Assembly (NCBI GenBank): GCA_949358305.1
Contig: OX442314.1
Span: 15,500,001 to 15,564,000 of the forward strand
DNA length: 64,000 bases
Source of the DNA: Strigamia acuminata
Taxonomy: Eukaryota
Direction of reading: 5' to 3'
The translations under genes were made by a program, and so were the position numbers. Positions 39,346 to 53,500 of this stretch are shown in pieces. Each line of letters starts with the position of its first letter. The first letter of the stretch is position 1. The notes under the pieces are model-generated. The model was given only the letters and a program-made list of their open reading frames with translations, made no database searches and was not told the DNA's origin.

Positions 39346-41126
39346 CGTACACTCATCTTTAAATGTAATAAGCAACTAATTTTTATTCGTTTTAAATTTA
39401 ACCAAACTCGGACATACAAACTCACCGAGGAATTTAAAGGTTGGCCCTAGTGATCAAAACATGTAACTTTTACTTAAAAGTTTACTTTCAACAGTCTATA
39501 ATAATAGACATTTAAAAAATGAAGAAACACAAAACGGTTTCTATTTTTTGAAGGTGCCTTCGTAATGTGCAATACGTAAACGCCGTTTCAAGTTCGTTCA
39601 TTAATCAACCAAATGTATACACACACAATAATTACCTTTGGTTAATAAACTTGTCTGTTGATAATCAAGATTAAAGTTTCGATGTTTAAATCTTTTTAAA
39701 CACGTCACAAGATGAAATTCGCATCCACTTTTCATTCTTATCACATACGCGTTTTAATCTCACTTCTAAATCTGCCCATTAACCCCACCCATCAGTTTGT
39801 AAATGTGATGCCTATCAGGATTTGCCTGCCATGTCCCTTGTCATTTTACACAGACCAGGACATTGGTCCAAGTCCAAATGAGTCCTGATGGAATTAACCT
39901 TACACACTTCAATAATCCTTACATCTCACACTTGCCGCTCATAGCTTTTGTTTAATCCAAACTTTAATCAATATCAAATTGCAAACTCTTTCTAATGTTT
40001 TCCTCAATTTTTGTTTCGAATTTTACGCAAACAATTTTATCTGTCGAGCTTGCAGAACAAAATATCTAATTTTCCAGGTAGAAACATGAAAAAATAAAAA
40101 TAAAATAAAATAATAAAAAATAAATTATTCACGTAACAAGGGAGGTAAAATATTTCTAGCTTTTAAACGTCAACTTTAAAATGTAATAGAAAGAACAAAC
40201 TAGTCCTTGCTTTTTTTTTAAAAGAAAGAAAAAGAAAAAAGAAAAAAAAGAAAAGAAAAGTATAAGAGCAGCTCAAGTTAAGCAGAAAAAAATACTTTGA
40301 CAGTCACTTTCTTGCCTCGTCAGTCAACGACTCATATCAGGAACTGGCAACTGGTCAGTTTCAGTAAACATCATCCAAAACCCGAATTTGATAAAATTTG
40401 ATAAAACAACAACAATCAATAATAAAGTTTGGAAGCTTTAGAAACATTTTATATAAATAAAAAAATAAAAAAATCAAGTTATAATTTTTATTTTTATTTA
40501 GTCATTAATAATTAATTTAATATTTTATTTTATTTTTTATTTAAACAAAAAATAAAAATAAAAGAAGAAATAAAAGTAAAGCCCAATATGAGATTTCTTA
40601 TCTACTTGATTGAACTCATCATGAGGTGTTGAAACCACACGGGACTCATTTTTTGGCATCTAACCTTTCACCAAAAGCACTTTGCCTAAGTTGCATCAAG
40701 ATCTCGCCCACTTTACAACATCCAGGAAAATTTATTACATGCCTCTGGATCCAAAAATGGTGGAATAAACCTAAGTCAATATAATCTAGGGTGATTGATA
40801 CGCACCATAAAAATCCACTTTTCGCTCTTGGCTCATTTATTGCCTGTTAATTTTATGCATCAGTTAAAAGCAAGGCACAAGAAACCAAATTTAATCAAAC
40901 GGATGCAATCATTTGGTCATCATGCAAATTTCATTCATCATTCACCACTCTGATTGAAATTCAAAACCTATTTCTCACTTTATTCATATCCTTAATTCTT
41001 TTTCGTATACACTATTTTTATTTTATCCTCATTTCTATTTATTTAACAACTATTTTATCAATTTAAAAACATTACCGAACGTAATCTTCACCTGACAAAG
41101 GCGAAAAGAAATGAATTCAGGTGTGC

Positions 41127-41375
41127 CGTATTTTCTCAAGTAAGAGCCGCGGCTCTTATTCAAAACGGGCATCCTGAGCCACGGCTCTTAATCGACAATT
41201 GTTTACCATATTTTGATTGAAATTTCTCTTTTTTTTAATTGAAATTTTAATTTTTTCCATTGAAATTTCACTTTTTTTTTAATTTTCTATCTAAATAATC
41301 ATCATCAGCGACGAATGTTTCATTAACCGTTTCTTGTTTGGTTACAAAAGCCCTCGAATAGTAGCCGCGGCTTGA
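41127..41375. mobile_element. pogo/Tc2-like MITE remnant
   Basis: CCGTATTTTCTC start, followed by three copies of the palindromic AGCCGCGGCT/AGCCACGGCT motif. Second TIR not found. Confidence 0.4.
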
Positions 41376-44300
41376 AAATTCCATTAAAATATACTATTAC
41401 AAAGTGAGAAAAGGATGAAAAGAAAACACTCAATTACTATGAGCAATACACAAATAACACCCCTTAAAATTTATAAATGAATTATTAAATAAATGTCAAA
41501 ACTCAATTAACTTTTCCACATCAATATCAAAATTCCCACCCCCACTTCTCCAATAATCCTATTTACCTTCCTCGCACTCAATATCTGTATTATAAATTAT
41601 AAATTACGATACAAAAAACTAGCAAAACAAATAGGATTAATAAATTAATTACATTCAACTTATTTTTAGCATCATTTCAGCCTATAAACACCCAACGCTT
41701 CACCTCATTCCCTCATGAAAAACCAGGCGAAGAAAATTATGCTTTGCAACATAGCAAAACACATCATCATTTGATGGTTATCATCACATAACCCCGTCAT
41801 TATCTTCCAAGCTAAAGATTTTTTTTTTGCTCTTTATCAAAATAAACCAGAACAACATTATTTAACCCTAATTTAATTAAATCTTCAAAATGTTAAACAT
41901 AATATCCTACATGCTTAATTGATTAAATCGATTCTATTCCTGTTTCTTCCATTTCTCCTCTCCACTTTTACGAACTCAAATTTCAAACGGAATCGTATAA
42001 CATTCAATTAACTCGCATCCTACACTCGCGCTTTTCCTGCGCTCTAAACACCAGATTCTTTACCACTGACTGACCCCTGCTCTTTAAACGATTGCCACTA
42101 TGCACAAGAAAGAGTTGCAAGCAGCGAGTTATTACATTATTTAAAAAACAAGGCCCACACAACTCCAGTTGGTGTAATTGATTCAAGTGGATAAGATCTT
42201 ATCCACCACGTTTACATGCTCGAAAACTTCATACTAAATGAAATTTCAGACCCAACCCTGTGTTTATATGTCATAAAACTCATAGCCCGTTTGATTAGAA
42301 AGTTAATAAAGGTGCCAAAAACTGATTCCGGTCGTTCTGCAGCAAATCATTCCAAATGTAATTAGATTTACCAAATGATAACCTTTAATCGCATACCTTT
42401 GGAGACTAATAAGTGCAGAAATTTTAAGTAGGAAGCAAGAAAGCAGTTCGTGCGGGTGCCAGTGCGAACAAGTCACTTCTTCTCGCAGTACGGCACCACA
42501 ATAATCTGACAAGTAAAACTATAAAGCGATGTCGGGAAATTTCCATCAAACCGAGAATTTATGAGAATTCTGTGAAATTATTCAAACGGCCCAATTCTCC
42601 AGCGCCACCTATTGCAACCTACAAAATTTATACGACTCAATCATTTTTTTTCATTCTTTTCCAACCTTATTAACTCTATATATCCTAGCAACAAGATAAA
42701 AAGTTGAAAGTGCAAGTTCGTATCGCCTGACATTTATAATGCCCACTCAATTTAATTACAGTATACAATAACGGGAATATTCAAGAACGCATGCAATCAC
42801 ATACGTTGCAAAATGACTAAGTTGATGGCTTTCCTTACCAGTAATCACGGTATTGATTACAGATTACCAACACACACATTGGGAAATCTCAGCAAACGTG
42901 AGCAAAATTGTAATTATTCTGCGATGCACTGACTTGTGTGCCAGTATACTTGACATCATATAAACGCAATATCTCGAGTCTCAGTCTCATTCAAGTCAGG
43001 AGTAATGTGAGCCAACATCAAGAATTTAAATTTTTTTTAAAAATTGAAAAACTAAAATGGCTTAACTTAATTAGCCGTAAGCAAATACGATTTAAATAGA
43101 AGCATAATTACTAGACTTGCAAAACTATAAAGAAAACTCAAAATTATCACACCAGCATTGTGTTGCGTGCGCAGTAGATTCACAATGCGCATTGTGACCA
43201 CTGAATTAATTCCCTTCTGCGGTCAATACACCTCCAGCAAAATCCGCATGCAAAACTTAATCTAGAAATCCATTCTACTTCAGGTTATGAAAATAATTCC
43301 AAATAACCTGAACAACTTCGTCTCAACATCATTTCGATTAACAAAGTTCAATGATATACCGGGTATTCGATTTCACAGTAATTAAATGGCTTCTTTAATA
43401 AACTAATACCCGCATTGGATAAATAAAATCTAAAAGTCAAAAGTCCAATCAACTACGTCGTCAACTTTAAATAACCGTGTAAGACTTCTCGGTGGAGCCT
43501 CGGAGATTAAAGAGACCCTAATAGGGGTAAAATTAAAACAAATAATACTTATAAACAGTAATTAATACATGAATAAAAATTAAATGCATTCATCAAGTAA
43601 TTTAGACCAAACTGCTTTTTAAACTGCAGTCTCGAGCCATTTAGTCTGTTTTCAGTCGCATTGGGCATGCGCACGACAAAACATGTAGAACTGCAAGTTA
43701 ATCATGACTTTATGACTACGCCTACTGTTTCAATGCGAGTTCATCTCTTCCGTACGCCATTTTGAGTAATTTTGAAAGAAATGAAAGCAATTTTTTTGTT
43801 GGTTCTAATTTACTCGTGCGTGTACTTTACCAACCAAACCTAGTCGCTACACCTATTTCAATTGGTTTCCACACTTTTTTCCTGTTCTCTTACTCTTTTC
43901 TGTTCTGTTCTTCTAACACAAATTAACGTAGCCGAGATGCAAATAACTTCATCACTAAAACATTGCTGCGAGAAAGAAGAAGGAAAAATTCCCACCGCAT
44001 GACTGTTGAATTATACATATGTTTTCACAACCTCACTCTTTCAACAGATTACTACAGTTAAAAACACTCAGAAATTCCAACCGCGACTCTCTGAAATCAA
44101 AATTTGAAAAAAGCTGAAAATGCTAACTTCAAATTTCCTTCAGCTTCCACGTTAAATAAAATGAGCGCACTGCCATTGCGCAGCATGGAGTGGAGGTGCG
44201 CAAACCAACTTGGCGCCCGACATGGATTCTTCGCCGTATCTTGCCAAACTTCAAACATGTTAGTTCACTGGATCCACCTCGACTGACTATGAAAAATAAA

Positions 44301-47300
44301 TTAAATTTTTTTTTCCTGTTCCCGATTTAACATGCGAGTGCCGTTCTCCGTTTAGAAGTAAAAAAAAAAAATAGGTTTGATCCTGAAAACAAACTCGCAA
44401 TGTAAAGTCTCAAATGAATATCATTCCAGACTTGCAAATTGTTTGCGCGCGCATATCGTGCAGCAAACTTTCTCCCATTAAACTATCGTTGAACTAAACC
44501 GTACGCCTAATAAGACTGCATTAAAATGAACATAACAAAGGATTATGCAACATGAGCCGAAATTATAAAACAAGTCAACTTAATAAGGCACCAATGACCA
44601 CCCGAGTTACATTCATGCACACGCCTAGGGATATTGACTGTATTGTGCCTCAAAGACCTGTTTACACAATTTACATATATAGCATCAACGTTAAACCAAT
44701 TACTGCTTTGCAGTGTCTTAATGGGTCCCTGCAGCTCACCTTTATCACCCAGACTAGGCAAAACGCTGGCACCATATAAGCCGTTAAGAAAAAAATTTAT
44801 TTAAAAAAAAAGACCTGTGCCCGCCATTTTCTTCTCACATTCCTTAGAGAATCATTGCAATGTTGCTTAAGGCAGCGTTAAAATAGGAAAGTAAAATGAA
44901 GTAAACTTTTCTTTTGCTTTCTACACTATTTTCGCTAAGGGAATTGGGACGAAAACAGGGGGATGGTGAGAAGAGCGAGCGCAGTGTACCTAGCACAAGG
45001 TAAGGAAAGCTATGGTTCATCAAGCTGCGAGAAGCAGCAGCGAAATTAAGTTAGTTTACTTTATTGAAGGCACAGGGGCCCTTCCAACACACAATTGCGA
45101 AGAGAAACGCAACATCTGGCACGCACTACAACAAGAAGAAACCACACCGCACCTCAACCTCAACAAAAGTACCACTTGTAATTTAACATTTAATCATCTT
45201 TGTACGACTAATAACGGAAAAATTAATTTCCAGCGCAAGATTCGCACCAAATGAAATTCAAAGTGCACTTGTTCCCCTTAATTAGCTCTTTTGACAAATC
45301 ACTTAATGAGAAATACATTGCACCTTATTTATCGATTCATTCAAATTGCTATAAATATAAATTGCTTTTTTTTTATTGTTATTATAGTTTGTGCTAATCC
45401 AAACCGTTACATTTGCGCCATAAATTTAAAATGGCACCACAAACATCCACTATCACATCGAAACACAAATTTACATTGAATGCAGCATCCGAAATTTAAA
45501 GCGAAACCCAAAACAATTGTTTCCTGCGTCATAAAAATAATATTAATAATAACAAAGTGCCCACTTGGCTCGCCCTGAAATTACTTGAGATTATGGTTCC
45601 ATGCGGCAATTGTAGCTGGGAGAATTTTTCTTTTTTTATCGTGCCTACACTGCCATCCGGATTCCTTTCCGCGAGCAATTCGAATACAACGATTCGGCAT
45701 ACGAATCGATAAAATAAATTCTTGATCAAGAAGAATTTAACAACCAACGTAATAAAGAACAACGCTTTCTGTCTAGGTATTCGATAATCCATTGTAGGGC
45801 CCACGGTATTTTCCAACTGCAATTTCGAGGCACACATATTGGTTTATCAGGTTTTCGGCAAACTAGATATCGGTAATTGGTATTATCGATTTTCCAATAA
45901 TTTTGAATTTTACAACCTTATCTAAACATAACCATCTGTTTCTGTTTCTAGTAATGTGGACAATATGGTCAGAAAAACAAATAAATAGAAAACCCTCTTT
46001 TCTTTCCAATACCATGTGTTGTTGTCTCATATAATTCGTGCAATGACTGCAACTGACAGCTTATTGCTACTAACAGGTTTCAACCTTTTGTTTCACGGTT
46101 TAAAGCTCTCAATGGAAAATAATCGCTAGTCATAAATAAAAACCTGCAACTTTTGATTTAGAAACAAACACCTGTCCGTGTAATAATCCTCTATTCACAA
46201 ATTTCTAATTTATTTCTGTTGATGAAAATATATTTTTTTTTTTTGTAAATGGATTAAAATTTTATGATTGCGCTCGCAATATTTAAACAAATTGTAAATA
46301 TTTTAAAAATAAAAATATACCAGACACAAATTATTCAGACAATAAAAGAACTTTTCACAAGTTTACAACACAATTCATTCTTTAACAAAACAATTCATAG
46401 ATGCACAAAAGCCATTTTAATCTTCCCAAGATAGCAAGCGAGCAAATGTTTTCTTTTAATTTTCTCGACTTCTTATCAACCTGGATAAACACAGCATTCC
46501 TTCTTTGAATGAAATATTCCCCCATCAGCCACAATTTATTTTTAAAAATTAAAATAATTAATAAAACTGCATGAACAACTACACATATCGTAAAACCATT
46601 CTTATTTCTTCCACAAGTCAACTCAAGTGTTGTTTTTAATTTAACAAATGCGTACGGGTGAATAACTAGATTATTTCAAACGTCTTCGTTCTATTTAAGT
46701 TGCGAAGCAAACATTACGTGACCTGCATCCTCAGGCTTTTGATCACTTAGCTCAAGTTACAAATATTTGTCAGCAAGCAAATCTAATACAAATGTTTTAT
46801 TCTTTATTTTTTCGTTCCGTCCATTTGCAATGTTGCTAAACATAACAACATCATGCATAATAAAATAAAACTGACATAAATAAATGTTCGTTTTTAATGA
46901 CTCAAAAACGAGTTCATTTTATCTTCCAAAATTAAAGAGTTTCATCACCCCTGTTAGCATAATTAAAATTTTAAAACCTTTACTGCAATAAGCTAATAAG
47001 AGAAAATCTGCAGTCTTTTTCGTAATGATAAGCCGAAATAAAAAATTAAAAAAAAACAACAACTTTAGTTGAGGATAAAGAATCTCATAAATAAAGAAAA
47101 ACATATTGATATTCTGTATAAGCGCTTCACATTTAATACTTTAATTAAATAATACTTTTTTTAACGGCTAATGTCACCAGAAAACCTCTCTTAATTTGTT
47201 TTTCAAGGATCATTTCTTTAGTAATGAATTTCTCATTCTTCCAACCAATACACAGGTGAAACCATTTCACACTGCAGTCGTGAAGAGAGGAGGGAGAAAG

Positions 47301-50081
47301 AGACCCACTTGGGGCCAACCCAACCGTGATCTCCCAAATCCCCCAAGCAGATTGACGTCAATGTAAAAGAAAAAGTGGTCCAAAATTTAAAAAAATAAAA
47401 AAAATAAAAAAAACGAATAAAAAACGTAAAAAAGGGAAGGAAAAAATTCCTCGCCCTCTTTCCAATTCACCTGATTAAATGATTGATTTCCCTTAGTGTG
47501 AAACCGATTGAGTCGACGCCTAAAAATCCAACTAAACTGTTAACCATTTCATTGCCGCTTTAAGCGCTGTTTTTGCATACTTTGTATGCGTGGGAAAATT
47601 AGCTAGAGATGTTTTTCTACAGCTTCCTGGAGCTAGATGCTCGCATTAGCAGAAGCGACGCGTGCAACTTAAAACGTCTTCAAAGGTCAAATGAACATTT
47701 CGCCGCAGTTTTTTTCTTCTCTTCATGCCCTGACGATATTCACGTAACATGTAACATGATAATCTTGTTTGCTTTCCTGCTAAAAGTGTTTTTCTTTCTT
47801 TTCGCAATTAGAGAAAAAAGAAAAACAAGTTAAAATACCAAATTTAAGGTTCTTCAATTATTTCCGACATCTAGTTCTCTTGTATCGTTGATTAAAAACC
47901 AACCACTTTTAATTGGCAAAGAATAAAACAATTTTTAAATTGCAAAAAAATATGCATACAATTATATCTCATCTACATGACACCGAGTCAGCGAGCTGCA
48001 GGGTAATTTCTAACATTTTGGTAATTCAACATCTTTCATTTTGAAGCTGAAGTCTAAATACTATCTACAAAAAAATAAAAATTAAAAATAAAAATAGCAG
48101 CTTAAAAGAAACGTGTGAATTTGAGCGTGTTAAAATTTGAGTTCAATTAACATTTAAATTAAGTTGGATAAAAATTGTAGATTTCAGAAAAAAGTGCTAT
48201 TAGCATAGAATTTTTCTTTTTAAATTTAAATTTTCTTTATTAATCTTCTCTTTTAATTCGATATTGCACTTTGCTTCTTCCTCATCCATCGTGATAGTGG
48301 TTAATTAAATTGGAGCATTTTAGGCAAACATTTTATCATTTCTTGTTAGTGTAGAGCATAAACTCAACGCCTTGATTGTGCTCATTTTCCATGAAATGTC
48401 GTTTCAGAAACCAACATTGGCAAACTAATGTTCCCCTTAAGTTGTAAACACTCCGATTTTTCTCAATTTCTTCCTTTTCTCCTATTTTTATTTAAAACAA
48501 TTTGAAAAAAAAAATGAAAAAAAAAACTCAGTGACAATGCATTTTTATTCCAAAAACACATCCAGCCCAATTAACAACACGAATGAATAAATTCCAACAC
48601 CAAACTATGCAAAATGAAAACAAAGAAAACCGCCGCCACTGATATAAAAAAATCCCATTACGAAATCACAACTTTAAAAAAAAAATCAGATAAAGGAAGA
48701 AGAAAAACAGTCACTATAACCAAATCCGCATATTATTTATGACATCATCTCAAATTTGTCTTTCTTTCACAGACAAAATGACAATAAAAACATAAAAGGA
48801 AAAATGTATAAGACAAATGACAAGTCATTCACACTCATCCTCTTTGGGAAAACACATGCAAATGGTTCCAATTGTGCGCTATTCTGTTCTTTCTTGGATA
48901 TGTGTCATTTGTTCAGCCGGAATGGGACCATCAAAACTGGCAAGAGGGAAAAACTGAAATCGGTTGGTGAAGAAAATGCATCTGCCTATTCCTTCTAGAA
49001 TCTAGATGGAACAAACGAGCCAAGCAGCCACAGACAAAAAGAGACGAGAAAAAATTTATCTCTGTATATATCACACGCGTCCAATCTGCATTGCATAATG
49101 AATGCGTTCAGCAGGGTGAAACCATACTGCAACTATATCAACTGGATATACTATTTTTCGACTCTTATCTCCCCCTCTTTTGGTCCTTTTATTCCCCTCT
49201 TGTCATACGCCAAGAAATTGATTAAGTTTCGGCTTTCAAACAAACACATGCACCAATTCAGTAACGATCGTAAATAATACATGAGCGCCTAAAGCTTTAA
49301 TATGAAAACTTTAATTGAAGTTAAGAATCAAATATAATTTATGAGTAAACATAAGCCATATACGCAGTTATTTCCTTCAAAATCCTGTTTTATTAAACGG
49401 GCAAATGGAGACACTAAAAGATTCATTGCACTATACAAAAAAAATTTACACAAAATGTTACAATTGGAGATCAGCAGGCGGCAAGTGGAAAGGAAAAAAC
49501 TAAAGCAAATAGAAAATTGAAATTGACTTCATGCTTTATGCTGACAGATGAAATATTAAACCTATGTGATATTTGGATATTTTTTTCCTCCTAATTCTTC
49601 AAACAAACCAAACTACCATAAATCTAAACCACAAAAAAATACATTAAATATTAACTGCTTTATGTCTGACTTAAAACTTTACACACAACCTAAAAAATAA
49701 AAAATTTGGTTTAACGAAATCCTTTATCCACAATAATTCTGCTGTGTAAACTTGGGACATGTCGCAGCCATTTACTTTTACAATTTTTCAACATTCATTT
49801 TTAATGTTGAGTTTGTTTTATTTTAAATTTGGTTACCAAACTATTAATTCTCTACTTAGTATGACGTGGATCAGGAAACTAAATCAATATAGATCTTCAA
49901 ACTCTCCAAATTGCAAAAAAAATAAGTTTAAGTTGACATAATGCAAACAGTTTGGCAAGGTAAAAACTACTCACTTTTATTCTTAAAACAAGAGGTAAAA
50001 AAGGGAAGTTTTAATCCCCCACATTCCAATTATCACGTGACCAAAGGGGCAGCAAACTGACCCCAATTTAACAAATCAAGC

Positions 50082-50215
50082 TGTAAGCGATAGCGCCCCC
50101 TGGGGGTCTTTTCGATGACTTGTTCTATGTAATTTGGATTTGTTCTATGCTTTGAGATAATAAATCAGTCTAGTTCAGACATTCAACTTAACCGTATGTC
50201 TAAATCATTCTCACA
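50082..50215 (+). repeat. 5' LTR (134 bp)
   Basis: TGTAAGCGATAGCG...CATTCTCACA. Contains AATAAA and is repeated at 55088-55221. Confidence 0.97.
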
Positions 50216-50226
50216 TGGCGCAGTCG
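50216..50226 (+). other. Primer-binding site, probably for tRNA-Ser
   Basis: TGGCGCAGTCG directly after the 5' LTR. Complementary to a tRNA ending ...CGACTGCG-CCA, as in invertebrate tRNA-Ser (from memory). Confidence 0.8.
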
Positions 50227-50516
50227 ACATAAAAAGACTTTGGGGAAGGTGAAATAGTTGAAACAGTTGGAAATTGATGACGGCGATTTGGATGAAGAGC
50301 GCGTGGGCTTAACATTTTCGAAAATCGAGTTGCGGAGAAATTTGGGGACGGAGACGAAGGAGACGACGCGCGTTACACGTGGAAAACGTCCAGATAACGT
50401 TCGATTTGGAGACGGAGACGTATATAAGCAGTTGAAAAGTTGTTGGTGATCATTGTCGGTGGTTGACGAGATCGGTGATTGTTGTTGAAAATTTTGCGAA
50501 ACACGTGGCGGACGTA

Positions 50517-53500
50517 ATGGCGGAAAATTTGGCGGTGATTTTGCAAGGATGTCGTTCGTCGCTTTTGTCCGTCGTCGAGGACGTCCTGAACGTATTCACG
50601 GTGACGATTTTGAAAGGAGAAATCGACAGGCGCGGATTGGAATCGACGAGCAATTTGAAGCAAGACTTGATGACGGTACTTTTGCAAAATAACAAGGAAA
50701 TCGTTGCGTTTGAGGCGGCGGAGGCGGAGAGAATCGCGGCGGAGAAGTTGGTGGAAGACGATGCGGAGATCGTAGAGAAAACGTCAGCGGAGGAATTGGC
50801 GAAAGAAAGGTTGGAGGCGGAGAAACTGGAAGCGGAGGAGGCGGCACGTCCGGCCGGCGGAAGTGGGGCATCGTCCGCCGAATTGATGGTTTTTCAAATG
50901 GCCGAGATGATGAAGATGTTGATGCGGGACAAGTCGGAGACGGCGGCGCGTAATGCGGAAACGGAGACGCGTAATTCGGAGTTGTTGGCACAAAATACTT
51001 TGGTGATGAACCGCCTCATTTCGTCTCAGTGTCCGCAGACGGTTCCCGCGACCACGGTGGTGCAGATGCATTCGACAGTCGACACCGTGAAGGCTATTTC
51101 GTCATTTTCGGGTGACGATATGGAAAGTGTTCAAGCGTGGCTGAAGGAGGTGAAACGCGTGGCGAAGCTTTCGTCTTGGACGGACGAATTAACGTTGTTG
51201 AACGCAGCAACTAGGTTGGAAGGTCACGCCAGCGACTGGCAGAAGACCGAAGGAAAGAAAATTATTAGTCTGGAAGGTTGGATGTGGTCGTTGGAGGAGA
51301 GATTTAAAAGCCGCATGAACTTTCACGAATTCTTCGAATTGCAATCTAAAAGAAAACTAGAGGCGTCAGAGTCGATCGTCCATTACATTTACTCGAAAAA
51401 TACAATACTGGAGCGTTGCGCGAATCGGATAAGCGAATCGGATCGAGTGTCGATGATTTTGGGCGGAATCGGCGAGGAGTTGGTGTCATTTCCTTTGGCA
51501 TCTGGCAATATCGGTTCGGTTGAGGAGCTGATACATCGCGCGAGGGGTTTGGACGGGGCGAGGAAGATTAAGCCAAAGGACAAGAATATTAACAACGTTG
51601 AAGTTAAACGAGCAGCAAGGGACGTAGGGAAGGAATCGACGAAGGAAGCGTTGTCAGCGGCGTCGACGAACAAGAACTCTCAGCGTCACGTACAATATAA
51701 ATACGGGATGGATAAGTCAACTCTCACGTGTTTTAAGTGTGGCAAGATCGGACACGTGTCGTTCGACTGTTTACTGGCAAGCGCGGGAGCGACGACGGAG
51801 AAGACGCCGGAGAAGGTCGCAGCTTGTGTTGTCAAGACAAGGAAACCGGAAATGAATTTAACGGTCGTTACGTGTAGCGTGGAGGAGTTTGACACGGACG
51901 TTGAGGCGCTGATCGATCCGGGCGCAAATTTAACAATTATCGATGGCAGATTTTTGAAGAACGATACGGAATTGCGGGCAAATAAATCGGGGGCCAGTTT
52001 TCGGGCTGTTAATGGATCACTGAAGATCGACGGGTTTTTGGACATCACGTTTAAAATCGGAGACTTCGAATCCAGCATGAAGAACGTGGCTGTCTCGTCC
52101 GATTTGCCGTTTCCGGTCATCGTCGGTACCGACTGGCGGAGACAGGAGGGTTTGCGTCTCGTGTTGGAGCCAAATGGCGACGTGAATATCTCCAGGGCGA
52201 CGGAGTCGGTCAGATTGGGAAATTGCGCAATTTTTAACGAAGCAATCGATCGTGGAGGGGAGTGTCTCGTGGCAGTTTCCGAGGACGAGAAGTTCGCGAA
52301 AGAGGTCGACGAAATCGTCGAGTCGGTGGATAGTTCGGTTTCTCAGGAGGAGAAGTTACAGTTGAGAGCGGTGTTTCACAAGCGGAAGGAGGCATTCAAC
52401 ATCGACGGTTCGCTGGGACTGTACACGGACGAAGAGTGCGAGGTTCCTCTGACCCACGACCGTCCGATTCGGTGCAAGCCGAGGCGATTTTCGGTTCAAG
52501 AAGAAGTTCGGTTACGAGAGACCGTGGCAAAGTGGAGGAGGTTGGGAATTTGTAGAGAATCGAACTCGAATTACAATTTTCCTTTCTTCACCGTGGACCA
52601 GCCACATCACCCCACCACACCATGGCGCCCTGTAATCGATTTGAGGCGTCTGAACGAGGCGGTGGATATGACAGTATATCGGATGCCGACGATCGATGAG
52701 GTTTTGGAGTTTCTGTTGGAAGACGAGCCGCGTTTGTTTAATTCGGGTGACATTGCGATGGCGTACTACAATATTTTGCTAAGACAAGCGGACTGTCACA
52801 AGATCGCGTTTTTCACGCCCGAAGGTCTTATGGAGTTGCTGCGTATGCCGGTCGGCTACAAATTGGCTCCGTTCGTGATGCAGAGGGCGATGGACAGGAT
52901 GTGCAGCGAGGTTAAGCGGACCAAACCATATTTGGACGACGTGGGGCAGTCGGGGAGGTCAGCGGGTGAGTTGATAATGTCTTGGGACGAATTTTTGGGT
53001 TTAGTAATTCAAAAGGGGTTTAAATTAAATTTGACAAAGTGTAAGCTATTAAGAGCAGAGATTAGTTTCTTGGGTTACATCATTTCGAAAGAGGGGAGGA
53101 GACCGGACCCGGAACGATTGTCGGACATCGATAAATTCAAGTTTTTTAAGAACGTTAAGGACGTTAGGGGTTTCTTGGGATTCGCAGGTTATCATAGACA
53201 ATTCATTAAGGGTTTCGCGTCGAAAGTAAGGTGTTTGACTTTATTAACAAGAAAAGGGACTAGGTTTGAGTGGTTGGACGAGCATCAGCGCGCCGTCGAT
53301 CTGATAAAATCGGAATTAAAGTCGTGCAATTGGTTGGGGAGTTTCCGTAGGGATGCCGAGACCATTCTGCACGTGGACGCGTCGTACGAAGGTCTTGGGG
53401 TAATTTTGCAGCAGCGACAGGGAGGAAAATTGGTCACTATAGCGTTCGCGAGCAAGGGCGTTCCAGAATCGTATTCGAGTGCGCATTCGAACGAATTGGA

